IMG/VR virus record: IMGVR_UViG_3300045996_002337 | Span: 248,001 to 312,000 of that record | Length of the DNA: 64,000 nucleotides | Strand: one strand, 5' to 3' | Shown: positions 27,002 to 38,113 of the stretch, piece after piece | Layout: each line of letters begins with the position of its first letter | Position numbering within the stretch: position 1 is the first letter of the stretch | Position numbers and translations under genes: made by a program | Notes under the pieces: generated by a model | Seen by the model: only the letters and a program-made list of their open reading frames with translations | The model's database searches: none | Told to the model about the DNA's origin: nothing

Positions 27002-28699
27002 TTACTTCGTGGAGAAGAGGACGATTTCAACGCGACGGTTCTGTGCATCCGAACCAATAGGCTGGGTGTCGCCATAACCACGGGTCACGATGCGCTCTGT
27101 CGGGAAGTTCGAGCCGGCGTTGGTCATGAGGAACTGCTTCACTGCTTCAGCACGGGCCTTCGACAGAATCATGTTCGACGTAGGGTTACCCTTGGAGTCG
27201 GTGTGACCATTGATCTGGACCGAGAGACTCGACACCGCGATGTTGTCGAGAAGGTCATTCAGAACGGCGATGGAAGCGGGCTTGATCGTGGACTTACCGC
27301 TGTCGAACTCAACCGTGTACGACTTGTTGGCAACGACCTCAGCCTTTTGACCACCGTACGTAGGCACCGCAGCCGGAGCAACCGTGGTCGAGCCTGCCAG
27401 CAGCGCTTGAACATACGTCGTGTCGACCACATCTTCGTAGGGAATCAGCTTGTCGAGCATGTCAGGAAAGTACTTTACCGCGATGTTGCCATAGACGGTG
27501 TAGACCTTCTTGTACAGGTTATCGTTGCCATTCAGGCCAAAGAGAAACGCGTTGTCAGCGAGGCCGTTGGTCGTCGAACCACCCAAGAAGATCGGGTTGC
27601 CAGTCTTGTCGTTCTCAACGACACCACGGTGGTACTTCGCCCAGTATGCGGCGTCCTGTTCACCATAGACTTTGGCTTGAACTGCACCAGACTTGAGCAG
27701 TGCGTCAGAGTTGGAGCGAACTGCTTCACCACCTTCGAACGCTGCAGCCAAGAGGGCCTTCACGACTTCAGGGTTCTTCTGCATCCACTGCTTGTTGCCA
27801 ATGATGGTCGTCGGCATTTGCCATGCGTATTCCTTCGTCGAGGCGAGGACTTTGAGGTTACCACGTTCACGTGCCAGCTTCACATCGCCTGGGGTCCAGG
27901 TTGCAGAACCGTTCACGCAAACCTTTTGACTCTGTTTGGTAGCGGTGTTCGTGCGCGTTTCGCATGCACCTGCCATGAACTTTTCATCAGCTTCCGTGAA
28001 GGAGCCAGTGCCAGCAAAGTTCATGCCATTCGGGTCATACGTCTTCGGGTCAGAGTTCACGACGATGCCGTTATCCGCGGCGTACTTGATGCAGATGTTG
28101 ATGTCACCATCACCGAGGTAACCGGCAATCAGCGAGCCCTTTGCGGTCGCGTTCTTGTCGATGATGCACTTGTCTTCACCACGGCTGTAGCCGAGGGCAC
28201 CAACAACGGCAACCGACTGATTGAACGGAGCGAGTGCGTCATTTGCACCCTTGACGAAAGCAGGGTAACCGTCACCCATGATGATCACGAAGTGCGAGCC
28301 CTGCGAGTTGTCTTTTGCGAAGGTGGCGAGGTCAGCAATGAGCTTCGCGTAGTCGTCTTCACGCTTGATGTTGACCTTCAGGCCGCGCTTGGCCATCAGG
28401 GAACCAGATGCGGTCGTTGCATCGCCGTTCGCGAAGTGCAGACCGGCGGTGCCGTTCCACGGAATCGTCTTGATGCGGATCGTGTCGCTCGAAGAAACGG
28501 TGGTTGCAGCGATCGTGGTCGTTGCGGCAGGAGTGGCTGCAGCAGCCGTCGGCAGATCGATCTTGTCAGGCACGGAGGCCTCAATCGTTGCCTTCGGCTT
28601 GAAGTAGCCAGCGTTCATTGCGATGTGGGCGCCGTAGCCCAGGATACCGACAGCCGCAGCGATGAGAATCGCCTTCGGTGCCGCTTTCAGCTTTGCCAT
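27002..28699 (-). CDS. ABC substrate-binding protein fused to an OmpA-like peptidoglycan-binding domain
   Basis: Signal anchor, SRGED, TWTPGD; C-terminal GHTD..N..LS..RA..V, GYG, NRRVEI. Confidence 0.88.
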   Translation of the reverse strand: MAKLKAAPKAILIAAAVGILGYGAHIAMNAGYFKPKATIEASVPDKIDLPTAAAATPAATTTIAATTVSSSDTIRIKTIPWNGTAGLHFANGDATTASGSLMAKRGLKVNIKREDDYAKLIADLATFAKDNSQGSHFVIIMGDGYPAFVKGANDALAPFNQSVAVVGALGYSRGEDKCIIDKNATAKGSLIAGYLGDGDINICIKYAADNGIVVNSDPKTYDPNGMNFAGTGSFTEADEKFMAGACETRTNTATKQSQKVCVNGSATWTPGDVKLARERGNLKVLASTKEYAWQMPTTIIGNKQWMQKNPEVVKALLAAAFEGGEAVRSNSDALLKSGAVQAKVYGEQDAAYWAKYHRGVVENDKTGNPIFLGGSTTNGLADNAFLFGLNGNDNLYKKVYTVYGNIAVKYFPDMLDKLIPYEDVVDTTYVQALLAGSTTVAPAAVPTYGGQKAEVVANKSYTVEFDSGKSTIKPASIAVLNDLLDNIAVSSLSVQINGHTDSKGNPTSNMILSKARAEAVKQFLMTNAGSNFPTERIVTRGYGDTQPIGSDAQNRRVEIVLFSTK

Positions 28700-28807
28700 T
28701 TGTTTTCCTTCAAAGTTTCAAAATACAAACTAAGTCCTGTCAGACTTTTCTATCCAGTATGGACAGATGATGAATTATACACCACCTGTCCATACCTGTA
28801 CAACGCT

Positions 28808-29830
28808 TTACTTACGTGAGAGCAGTTCGCTGTAGTCAACTTGACCTGCAGCAGGGACACCGATTCCCATGTTGAGCGTGGAGTTCACGGTAGTGTGCTC
28901 GAGCATTTGTTGCTTGCTGTTGCCAAGCAGAATGCTGTCGGCTTTGTTTTCCCACTCTTGCAGACGCTTGAGCGCTTCTTCTTCATAAACGCCGTTCTGA
29001 AGATCAAGACCATCAACGAAACCCTTCGAGTTCTCAATGAAGTTCTCGATTTCACCAAGCTTCATGCCGTAGTCGTTCACTACGTATTCCATGGCTTGGT
29101 CGAACAGTTCCTTCTGGTCAGTACCGCCCATCAGAATCTTCTTCGCGGTCATCATCGCCGAGTGCGACTCAAGGATCAGATTGCGCTGGAGTTCCTGCGA
29201 CTTGACTTCGTTGTTGAGGTCAGCGATAACGGTGTCAGTTACCTCGCGGTACTTGCGAAGCGCTTTCAAGTGAACCTGCATTTGGAGAAGCAGCGGTTTC
29301 AGAGTTTCTTTGTTCAGCTTCTCCATGCGAATCGCCTGACGACCTGACACCTGCACCGCAGAAACGTTGTTGCGTTCGCGCGCCACTTTGGCGATGGACA
29401 TGTTGCGTTCGTACTCAGCTTCATTCGTCTGCACTGCTTTTTCACAGACCTTCACTTGACCTTGGAGCTTGGCGATGGATTCGTCCATTGTCTCTTGCTT
29501 TTTACGAAGGTCCTCAATGTAGGACTTCATGATGCCAATTGGATCGATTTCAACGAAAGCTCCAGTGACCTTTCGCATGGCGCTCTTGAACGCGTAGCTG
29601 ATGAGCGTTTGGAACTTCTTGTTCGACAGAATCATGATGATCGCGAAGAGAACTGCACCGAGCACCGTCAGCGTGATTGCTTGTCCGACCATCGTGATCG
29701 CCATACCGAAGATGTTGATCAGCGTAGGGCCAACGAAGAAGACGGTTGCGAGGACACCAAGCCCGATCGCAATCATACCCGTCGTACCCTCTGGCCGCTC
29801 CCAGAAGCTCTTTGGTTTAAAGTCGTTCAT
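28808..29830 (-). CDS. Membrane-anchored coiled-coil protein (PspA-like)
   Basis: Two TMs, IDPIGI, long coiled coil. Confidence 0.7.
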   Translation of the reverse strand: MNDFKPKSFWERPEGTTGMIAIGLGVLATVFFVGPTLINIFGMAITMVGQAITLTVLGAVLFAIIMILSNKKFQTLISYAFKSAMRKVTGAFVEIDPIGIMKSYIEDLRKKQETMDESIAKLQGQVKVCEKAVQTNEAEYERNMSIAKVARERNNVSAVQVSGRQAIRMEKLNKETLKPLLLQMQVHLKALRKYREVTDTVIADLNNEVKSQELQRNLILESHSAMMTAKKILMGGTDQKELFDQAMEYVVNDYGMKLGEIENFIENSKGFVDGLDLQNGVYEEEALKRLQEWENKADSILLGNSKQQMLEHTTVNSTLNMGIGVPAAGQVDYSELLSRK

Positions 29831-29851
29831 TTGTTTAGTTTCCTTTCCGGC

Positions 29852-30499
29852 TTAACCGAGGGTAGAGAGAATGGTGCTCTTGTGACCGTTGAGCGTTTCG
29901 CGCACGTGCTGAGCTGCTGCCTTGAACTCGACTTCTGCTTGGCGGAGCTCATGTTCTTTCGCTTGTGCTTCGCCACGAAGTTGGCTTGCCTTGGTCGTCT
30001 GCTCGAGAACTTGACCTTGCAGGGACGTGATGCGCTCAGTAAGGCGGCGAATTTCATCATTCGCCGCAGCGGTTGCTTGCTCGGCAGCGTCGGCTTGTCG
30101 CGTAAGACCACCAACCTCAGTTTGAATCTTCGCGTTCAGCGCTTGGCTGAACCGCATTTCTTCGCCATCGACGTCGCTCAAGTGAATCGCGACCGCGTCA
30201 GCAATCTCCTTTGGGGAACGACCGCCGCCCGCCTTGTGCGCGGCTTTCAGGCGCATTACCTGATCAGGAATGACGTCAGCAAGGTTGTCGCTTTGTGCCA
30301 GCAGCGCAGTCAGTGCGGTGTTTCGACCAAACGTCGCCTTTTCAATCGCTTGCACCATTGCTGGATTCAGCGTCGAGGAGGAAGCTGGCGAGGTAGACCC
30401 ATTGGTCGCTTGCGCTGCGACAGGCTTTTGGGTGGGAGTCGACGTAGTTTCGCCCTCCTCCTCGAGCACCAAACCCTTAATTGCTTTGAGAAAACTCAT
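29852..30499 (-). CDS. Coiled-coil hypothetical protein of the ABC/OmpA cluster
   Basis: MSFLKAIKGLVLEE start; helical. Confidence 0.7.
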   Translation of the reverse strand: MSFLKAIKGLVLEEEGETTSTPTQKPVAAQATNGSTSPASSSTLNPAMVQAIEKATFGRNTALTALLAQSDNLADVIPDQVMRLKAAHKAGGGRSPKEIADAVAIHLSDVDGEEMRFSQALNAKIQTEVGGLTRQADAAEQATAAANDEIRRLTERITSLQGQVLEQTTKASQLRGEAQAKEHELRQAEVEFKAAAQHVRETLNGHKSTILSTLG

Positions 30500-30745
30500 G
30501 TTCAGTCCTTAAAAATGATGTGTTATCGTATCACGCCGATGGCGGAATGTGAACTTTGTTGGTGGCGATATTCAGGTTGATGCGTCGTTCATGGACACTG
30601 ATCGCCCACTGTCGAACCTCCTTCAGCTCCGCTTCCCAGATCGCTTCCTCTGGGCTGCTCTTTGCAGGTTTGTTGTCATGCAAAAGGCAGAAGAGCTTGT
30701 TGATGGCCCGCAGTGCGGCATCAGTTTTCTCCCACGTATCGTAGT

Positions 30746-32107
30746 TCACTTCTCGCCTTCAAGCCACTTGTTGCTGATCACTTTGAACTGGTGCGAACCA
30801 TCCATCGCCTTGAACACGAGACCTTCGCGCACAGCAGCGACCATACTTGGACCATCAGCGAACTTGAGCAGATCGTCCATGTTGTGAATGCCGAGTTCGG
30901 CGAGGGTCACGTTGAAGTGCAGCACAGGCACATGCTCGATCATCTCGCAACCGAAGAGGTTCTTCGCGCATTCATTCGCGCTCTTGATCCAAGCAAGGCG
31001 TTGGTCAGGAGTCATGAACTCGCCATTCTTGATGTCGAAGATGTTGTACACGAAGAAGCGGTTTTCTGTGAAGCGTTCTTGGTTGCCCTGGATTCCGGGG
31101 CCCATCAGTTCGCCTTGAAGTGCAACGTCGCCACCTTGTTCCGCGATCAGCTCGAGGAGGTCAGGGCTGGCCATCTTGACAAACGCGTTGTCCTCGTTGC
31201 CTTCCAGCTTGAGGTCGAGATTGCGCGAGCACACGCCCTTGATCTCGAGGCCTTCATCGCACTCGGCGTTCTTCACGTAGGCGGTCATCGAGCTGCCGTC
31301 CATCTTCATGGTCACCTCGTAGCGGGTGTCGCGGCTGGCTTCAGCCTTGCGGACCTTGTGCCACTTGCTGGTCGATTCGTGCCACACGATGTCACCACGG
31401 GCGCACATGGCGTCGAGAGCTTCGTCGGGAATGTTCTCGACGCTGAACTCGTAGGTGACATCCTCGTAACCGAAGATTTGGTTGCCCATGTTCTGCGCAC
31501 GTTCTTGATCGCTCTTCTTCAGGAACGAGGGGAAGTTGCCCTTGGCCAGACCAACAAGCTGAGCGCTGGGCACAGGCGGTTCCCATTTCATGATGCCGAG
31601 AAGGCCCGTGAAGTTATACTGACGAATGTCTTCAAAGTCGTAAGTATGACGGCCGGCATCTCGCTCACGGTGAAACCCGTCGATGAATTCCTCGACTTCG
31701 GGGAAAAGGCTCAGCGGTAGCGCGAGACCTTGCGAGAGCTGCTTGCGGAGGCGGATCGTCTTCAGGCGAGCACCATCGATTCCGTTCCACGTGATCTTGT
31801 TCTTCGCGAGGAAGGCGTAACGTTCATCATCGAGCGGTAGGAAACTGTCGACCTCGAAGAACACGCATGAATCTCCAACCTGAAATTCTCCAGCCTTGAC
31901 CACGACCTTCCAGCCTTCAACTGAAGCAACCTTGATCAGGTCTGCACCAGGGATGTCGTCGATCGCATCGATGCGCCTGACGGTCACGAGCTTCCGGCCG
32001 TCAGCAACCGCGTCTTGGACGAGACGTTGACGGCGAACAGCTTGAAAAGCCGTATGGTCGCCAATGATTTGGGCATCTGCTTCATTGTATTCATTCATCG
32101 TCATCAT
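30746..32107 (-). CDS. RNA ligase, DRB0094 family
   Basis: RKLVTVRRI..IPGAD OB domain, SQGL, KSDQER.QN, KMDGSS, QGELMGPGIQGN, EGLVFK, FKVISNKWL. Confidence 0.93.
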   Translation of the reverse strand: MMTMNEYNEADAQIIGDHTAFQAVRRQRLVQDAVADGRKLVTVRRIDAIDDIPGADLIKVASVEGWKVVVKAGEFQVGDSCVFFEVDSFLPLDDERYAFLAKNKITWNGIDGARLKTIRLRKQLSQGLALPLSLFPEVEEFIDGFHRERDAGRHTYDFEDIRQYNFTGLLGIMKWEPPVPSAQLVGLAKGNFPSFLKKSDQERAQNMGNQIFGYEDVTYEFSVENIPDEALDAMCARGDIVWHESTSKWHKVRKAEASRDTRYEVTMKMDGSSMTAYVKNAECDEGLEIKGVCSRNLDLKLEGNEDNAFVKMASPDLLELIAEQGGDVALQGELMGPGIQGNQERFTENRFFVYNIFDIKNGEFMTPDQRLAWIKSANECAKNLFGCEMIEHVPVLHFNVTLAELGIHNMDDLLKFADGPSMVAAVREGLVFKAMDGSHQFKVISNKWLEGEK

Positions 32108-32174
32108 TTTCTCCTGGTATGTCTATGGTGTATTGTATCATTATCAGCGCAGGATGTACACCTTTTTTCGCGCC

Positions 32175-32204
32175 GCTATCTAGCAACTAATGCTATAATT
32201 GTTG
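32175..32204. repeat. 30-bp exact dispersed repeat, copy 2
   Basis: Identical to 8629-8658; supplies the HNH gene TAG stop. Confidence 0.9.
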
Positions 32205-32687
32205 CGCGTCGGGGGTCTTGACTCTGTGCTCTTCTGCTCGCTTCATTGCTGCCAGTCCTTTGACGACGCGAACCGGGTCGACGAGATGCGGGTGTGCGGC
32301 CATGAACTCCTGCTCTTGAGGAGTCATCTCATTCCCGCGGAGGCCATTGCAGTCAGAGCAGCACGGCCGAAGGTTCTCGACTGCATCCACCCCGCCGAGT
32401 GATTTGGGAATGATATGGTCGCGTGTCATCAGAACAGGCACCCCACAACGCCTCGCATAGAGGTTCAGGCAAGGTTTGCCCATATGGTTCTTGTGACGAT
32501 CTGCAATCCAACTGGTGGCTTCACAGCCGCAGTTGTAGCACTTGATGGGGTGTCCGCGGAGGGACAAGAAGAGAGCTGCACCGCTAGCCGCGGATACAGC
32601 TTGGCCTCTCACGAGGCGCTCAGCTTTCGGCTTTGAGAGAATATCGAAGCCGTCTTCCAGTGAAACCTCGTGATAGAAGATCAGCAT
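32193..32687 (-). CDS. HNH endonuclease
   Basis: CYNCG..TRDHIIPKSLGG.D..ENLRPCCSDCN. Confidence 0.88.
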   Translation of the reverse strand: MLIFYHEVSLEDGFDILSKPKAERLVRGQAVSAASGAALFLSLRGHPIKCYNCGCEATSWIADRHKNHMGKPCLNLYARRCGVPVLMTRDHIIPKSLGGVDAVENLRPCCSDCNGLRGNEMTPQEQEFMAAHPHLVDPVRVVKGLAAMKRAEEHRVKTPDAQQL

Positions 32688-33046
32688 TCAGGTCGGGGGT
32701 TCGTTTGCATAGAAGCATTTTAACACCGACCTGTAAGCTTGTACATCAGTCCGTCGCGCGGCGTCCGCCCTGCACCTTCACTTCTGGCTTGAACTCGCCA
32801 CGGTCCGTGCGCCGGCGCGGCTTGAAGGGCGCCGTAACTTGCGTGTTCTCTGCTGAGAGCGTCACAACGACCTCGACCATCTTTTCATCTGGGCGAAGAT
32901 TGATGTCAAATTTGTTGGTGAAGAGCTTCGCATTGAGGACGTCATCAACGATGATTGGTCCTTGCTTTTCTGGATCAAAGCCTCCGAAGAAGCGGCCGTC
33001 AGAATCTCTGACGATGGCGTACAGTGAAATGGTATTCATCTTGGTC

Positions 33047-33460
33047 TCAATTGATGGAAATACCGTGCTGCATAAGTTCACGGCTTAGTTTAAGGAAAAG
33101 AAGGATATTAAAGCAACGTGCGTATGCTTCTGAAAACATGAATGGCGTTTCAATCCTAATGCCATTCATGATAAAGGAGGCAACCCAGCCAATTTGTTTA
33201 TTGGACTGGCTAGGCGCCCTCAATTCAAGTGCCAACTTGATCTTCGCCTCAATTTGAGAGAGCGCGTTGAGGTCAGTCAAGTAGTTAACATTCGGCAGTA
33301 CCCACAGCGAAATGTTCGAAATAAAATAATCGTTGAGATGGTTGTTCCGAGCAAACTTCTCCCAGTTCGTTGAAATTTCATCCAACGAAGTTGCAGCAAG
33401 TTGTTCAAGTGTTGGCTTGACCTTCTTGTGATGATCTGCAAAGGAGATGATGTCAGCCAT
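33047..33460 (-). CDS. Hypothetical protein
   Basis: ORF, 137 aa. Confidence 0.6.
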   Translation of the reverse strand: MADIISFADHHKKVKPTLEQLAATSLDEISTNWEKFARNNHLNDYFISNISLWVLPNVNYLTDLNALSQIEAKIKLALELRAPSQSNKQIGWVASFIMNGIRIETPFMFSEAYARCFNILLFLKLSRELMQHGISIN

Positions 33461-33629
33461 TCAGCGTGTCCTTAATCGACACCAATGGAAGCCATTCAAC
33501 CCACTGATTCAGTCGCGTGCTGAAGATGAAGGCTTTACGGTGCTGGAACCAAATGACCAGCGTGTCATCTTCCAATTGCTTTGGCAAAACGGGCTGAAGT
33601 GGACATGAGTGGACATAGACCTTCTGCAT

Positions 33630-34445
33630 TTAGACCTCCACGAATTTTGGGCCATACTGATTAAACTCAGATGCATGTTCATTGTTGTACCCACTAGGGT
33701 TGCACACGACACGTGTGCCCCACATCTCAGTGTCAATCGAATCATGAGTATGGCCGTGAATCCATAGATCGATTTTTCCACCTGCAAGGAGGGCGTCACA
33801 GTTCGACGCAAAACCGCCGTTGATTTCATTACCAAAACGGGGGTGACACAGCCGATATGATGGCATGTGATGCGAGATGACCACTGTCCTACCTTCAAAT
33901 GGCTTCTCAAGGTGCTCCACGATCTTCGCCTTCTGCTTGCGGTGAATCTCGGCCATGTCAGGCACGGTGAACCGGCGAGGCGGATCGTTCAAATGTGATT
34001 GATCGATCTTGATGACGTAGAAGTCACGAAGAGATGAACCGACCATCCCGCGTTCCGCAATCGATTGACCGCCATCAGCCCACAGCGTGCTGAAGATGAA
34101 TCGCGCGTTCTCAAGCTCGAGGTAGCCAACGTCGCAGGTCGCGAACTCAGTCTTCTCGCTTACGCCCAACTCGAGGCTGAATTTCGTGGACCACTCCGTC
34201 ATGTTGTGGCCGTAAAATTCGTGGTTGCCGGGAATGTAGATGACCTTCAGAAACCGTTTCTCAATCTCGCGGAGAAAGGCAATGAGTTGATCGAACTTGG
34301 AGCTGATATCACCCGCCAAAACCAAAACGCTCTCAGCATCGCGCTCGTCGGGGGCAACGAATGTTTTCACCAGGAATTCAGCAGTTTGCCCGGTCCATTG
34401 CTCAAGATGCAGGTCGCTCGCGACACGAATGTATTTTGGTTTCAT
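33630..34445 (-). CDS. Calcineurin-like metallophosphoesterase
   Basis: SDLHLE, AGD, GNHE, SHH, HGHTH, CNP.GY. Confidence 0.93.
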   Translation of the reverse strand: MKPKYIRVASDLHLEQWTGQTAEFLVKTFVAPDERDAESVLVLAGDISSKFDQLIAFLREIEKRFLKVIYIPGNHEFYGHNMTEWSTKFSLELGVSEKTEFATCDVGYLELENARFIFSTLWADGGQSIAERGMVGSSLRDFYVIKIDQSHLNDPPRRFTVPDMAEIHRKQKAKIVEHLEKPFEGRTVVISHHMPSYRLCHPRFGNEINGGFASNCDALLAGGKIDLWIHGHTHDSIDTEMWGTRVVCNPSGYNNEHASEFNQYGPKFVEV

Positions 34446-35679
34446 CTTACTATTATAGCCTTAAATTAGGCTAAGTTGGCAACTTTTTTCAGAACTTCCT
34501 GATGGAGCATAAACCAGCCATCAACCTTTTGCTTAAGGTCACGCACGGCCCCGGGAGCTTCAATGTGGGCAATGACTTCTACTACCGCTTCACGAGCAGC
34601 ATTTTCCCTTTTAATCGCATCACGCCGTTCAGCGTATGCAGAAAAGTCATATAGCCTCACAAGAAAACTCCTTAAACTTCCGTGTTTCCTGGAGTATTTA
34701 TGTCGGCAGGCTGCGGTTCAGGGACAACTGTCGTCAATTGCCCGTCGATTACCAGGTCTTCACCATTAAGCATGCGCTGAACGCGTGCCATGATCGTCTG
34801 GTGACCTTGCTGCTTGATCTGGGGCGGCTCGTCCTTAAACAGATCTAGCGCTTGCTTAACGCGGTAGGCTGCCTGCTTGGCAATTTGGTCGTAGTCTTTT
34901 GCGCTCATGTCTGTTTAAAGATTTTTACGGTTACGAGTTCGGTGTACGGTCTGTAGTCTGAATAAAGGCGTTCGCACTTCATTGGGATGTCAAGAAGCGC
35001 TCGGAACCCAGTGTCCTCAATTTCGAGGTAGTAGTTGGTAAACAGCTTCCCGATCTTTTTAGCATTTAGCTTTTTGGAGAGCCGATTTGCATGGTTCCAG
35101 CTCATCAGATATTCATGAACGAGTACACTCATTTTAGCCACCCCGCAACCACAAGAACGGTTATGAAGATCCACGCGCACAGCGTGGCGAATTGATTAAT
35201 TTTCCATTTCCAAAAACCACCAGGGGTTTTCAGGATTTTCAAAACATCAAGAAAATACCACCCGATTGCGAAGCAAAGGATGTAGTGGAGAGCCAACAGC
35301 ATCAGAACAACCTCGCCACCCCGTAGGCCAAAAAGAAGGCGGCGATGATGAAGATGAAATAGAGCCAGCCTGGAAAAGGCACCCCACGCGGAAAGTCAGG
35401 CGGCGCATCACCCTCCAAGAAATTACGAGTAAGCCGATTGATGCCGTACATACCGCCAATGAAGATCACGAGAAAAATAAAAAGCGCCATGTTAAGCTCT
35501 CACTGCGATAAAAATGTTGTAAATGGTGACGATCAGCGTGGTAACCGCAACGGCTTCAAGAAACTCCATCGTGGCCCTGGCACCAATGTGCATGTTGTCA
35601 ATTGCTGGATTTCTATTGCCCTGGAAAAAGATAATCAGCCATGACGCAAAGAAGATACCGATGATGACTAATGCAGACA

Positions 35680-36981
35680 TCAGATTTCCACCAACTTATC
35701 AGTGCGGCTGTGATTGTAGGTGCAGAAGCGAAGGGAAGCGAACTCCTTGCCTTTGCTCTTCGACACTTCCTGGTAGGTGATCACGTGAGTACCAGCCAGC
35801 CACTTTTCGGGGTTGTTCTTCATGTCCTCACGCATTGCATCGGTGAAACCTGAGCCGACGTTGAAGCGAACTTCAGTGCCGTTCTCGAGGAAGGCGATGC
35901 AGTTGACGCCGCCGACAGTGTTCTCAAGGCGCGACTTGGGACGACCTGGGTAGAAGCCAACGATTCGGGCGTCGACGTCGTAGAAGCGCTTGACCTTCAC
36001 CCACGTGTAGGAGCGGCCCCATTCGTAAACAGCGTCCTCATTCTTGAGAATCAGGCCTTCACGTTCTGCCTTCTGCTTTGTCTCGTCGTCGATGCGCTCG
36101 TTGCAGTACGCGACCATGTCAGCGTAGTTCTGAACCTTGCGACCTTCGGTCAGCTTGATCTTCGTGAGACCTTCGAGGAGGGCGGTGAGTGTCTCGCGCG
36201 TCTTGCCGTTGGTGATCGTCGTCTTCTGTGCAACCCAGTCGGTGAGCGGCATGATGAAGAAGGCGCGGAACATCAGGGACTTCTTGGCGTCCACGTTCTT
36301 GCTGCCCTTGGCGTTCATCGTCTGCTCGAACGTCGTGCCGAGGGTTTCACCGTCCAACACGAAGTCTTGCCCGTAACGCTTGCGAATTTCGAGCAGCTCC
36401 TCGTCGAAGATGCCGTTGAGGTGGTCCGAAGGCTTGCCGCCACGCGCACGGTACTCTACGACGCCGTCCTTGACGAACGCGAATTGGCGGGTGCCGTCGT
36501 ACTTGATATCCGCTTGGCAGGGGAACGTGACGTACTTTTCGAACTCGTCTTCGTCCTCGCACTTTTCGGCGAGCTGTTGATCCCAGCTGGGGATCGGATC
36601 GTTGGGCCATACCTTGTTGAAGGTGTCAGCCGAGAAGCCTGCTTTGGGGTCCTGATCGATCACACGCTCGAGATAGTCGGCGGTGTCCTTCGTAAAGTAG
36701 CTCAGAATGTTGGTGACAGCGGAGCGGGCTGCATTGCCGCTCAGATCACGCGTAGCGAGCGCATCCAGAACGCTGAACACCGGCCCGAGAATGCCGTCCG
36801 TTTCGGCGTACTTTGCGGGACGATCGAACTTCTTGACGCCGAACGTGGTGTACGGGTCCATCGCGTAACGCATGAGCTTGCGGCCGTCGGCGTCCAGCGT
36901 GGCGAGCGCGGCTTGAATGGTCTTCTTCGAACCGGCGCCATTCGCGCTTTCGCAGGCTTTCAGGACTTCAACGAATTTCAT
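35680..36981 (-). CDS. ATP-dependent DNA ligase
   Basis: KYDG motif I, LDGE, EGLILK, WVKVK, VGSGF OB domain. Confidence 0.93.
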   Translation of the reverse strand: MKFVEVLKACESANGAGSKKTIQAALATLDADGRKLMRYAMDPYTTFGVKKFDRPAKYAETDGILGPVFSVLDALATRDLSGNAARSAVTNILSYFTKDTADYLERVIDQDPKAGFSADTFNKVWPNDPIPSWDQQLAEKCEDEDEFEKYVTFPCQADIKYDGTRQFAFVKDGVVEYRARGGKPSDHLNGIFDEELLEIRKRYGQDFVLDGETLGTTFEQTMNAKGSKNVDAKKSLMFRAFFIMPLTDWVAQKTTITNGKTRETLTALLEGLTKIKLTEGRKVQNYADMVAYCNERIDDETKQKAEREGLILKNEDAVYEWGRSYTWVKVKRFYDVDARIVGFYPGRPKSRLENTVGGVNCIAFLENGTEVRFNVGSGFTDAMREDMKNNPEKWLAGTHVITYQEVSKSKGKEFASLRFCTYNHSRTDKLVEI

Positions 36982-37094
36982 TAAGCTCTCCAGGATTTGA
37001 TAGGTTGATTATAACACAGCTGCACCGCCATGTTACTTTCGTTCATCATTTAGCTCAGATGTAGGAGCGTCGCATCGCTCCTACATCTCGCGTG

Positions 37095-37484
37095 TTAGGC
37101 GATCGGGTTCTTCATGTAGCGGGCCAGGGATTCGGCCGGGTACAGCATGACCTTGCCGTTGATCAGCACGCCGGCCTTGCTGTTCTTGAGACCAACGAAC
37201 TTGCACTTCACGAGACCCTTGGAGGTCGGCAGAACAACTTCCTTGTTCAACATCGATTCGTCGAGGCCGTAGCGGAAACCCTTCAGACGCAGATCACGAA
37301 GGTAGATCGGGTCGATTTCATTGGGATTGGCCGTCTTGTCGCCGAAGTTCACGGTGACCTTGAAATCCGTCGAGCCATAAAGGATCTTCGAAGCGCCAGC
37401 AACGAGACCGTTTTCTTCAGCGAATTCCTTCAGAGCGGCGTCAAGCTTGGCGTGGAGAGCGGCGATTTGTTGCTTGGTGTACAT
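37095..37484 (-). CDS. Early hypothetical protein
   Basis: Directly downstream of a TGTACA/TATAAT promoter. Confidence 0.7.
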   Translation of the reverse strand: MYTKQQIAALHAKLDAALKEFAEENGLVAGASKILYGSTDFKVTVNFGDKTANPNEIDPIYLRDLRLKGFRYGLDESMLNKEVVLPTSKGLVKCKFVGLKNSKAGVLINGKVMLYPAESLARYMKNPIA

Positions 37485-37502
37485 TTGAATTCCTTTGCAA
37501 GA

Positions 37503-37548
37503 TTGGTTGGTATGATGCTATTATACTCAACCTGCGCTAGATGTACAC
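37503..37548 (-). promoter_or_regulatory. Early promoter repeat GTGTACA..GCAGGTTG..TATAAT
   Basis: 46 bp nearly identical to 52693-52738; related motifs near 20930, 28790, 38660, 48180, 51210, 53925. Confidence 0.8.
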
Positions 37549-38113
37549 AACTAGATGTAGCTGTTACAACTTAGGCATCTTAAGCTTGCGCTTCGGAAGG
37601 TTGCCGCCCTTCAACACCACGTAGATCGTGAGGCACGGAAGGAAGTTGATGCACCAGCGCCGTTCATCCTTCGAGTAGTGTGCGCCAATCCAGATACCAC
37701 CGGCTTGGAACAGCGTGCCGATCGTAAGACGATCAACCTTGAGACTTGATATCATGGGCGAGATGCCGTGCGCCTTCTGGGCACCATGAACGAGAGCTTC
37801 CTGCGAGACGTCCCCAAGACGAGGACCTCCTTCAATCACCTTGAGGTTCGTCATCATTCGACCTTGCAACCGATAGGATGGCCTTCAGCATCAAGATCGA
37901 TCACGTAGCCGGCACCGTTCGAACGCCCAACGATCTCGACTAACACCTTGCCGTCCATGCAGTGACGGCGGAAGTTAAGCACATCGCGGTTGGCTGTCTT
38001 GCCTTCCACGCCCACGCGCCGGCTTTCCGTAGACACAGAGAATACGATGAGCGCGATGAACGCTACGGCGAACGCGATGAACCCTATGACGTTGAGAGCT
38101 TGCTTGAGGAATT

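Noticed and set aside
27203-31720. Long plus-strand ORFs (538, 374 and 335 aa)
   Set aside because: They are antisense shadows of well-supported minus-strand genes, with no motifs or SD.
32091-32195. Amber readthrough extension of the HNH gene
   Set aside because: It needs two TAGs, runs through a promoter and does not end at a clean coupling overlap.
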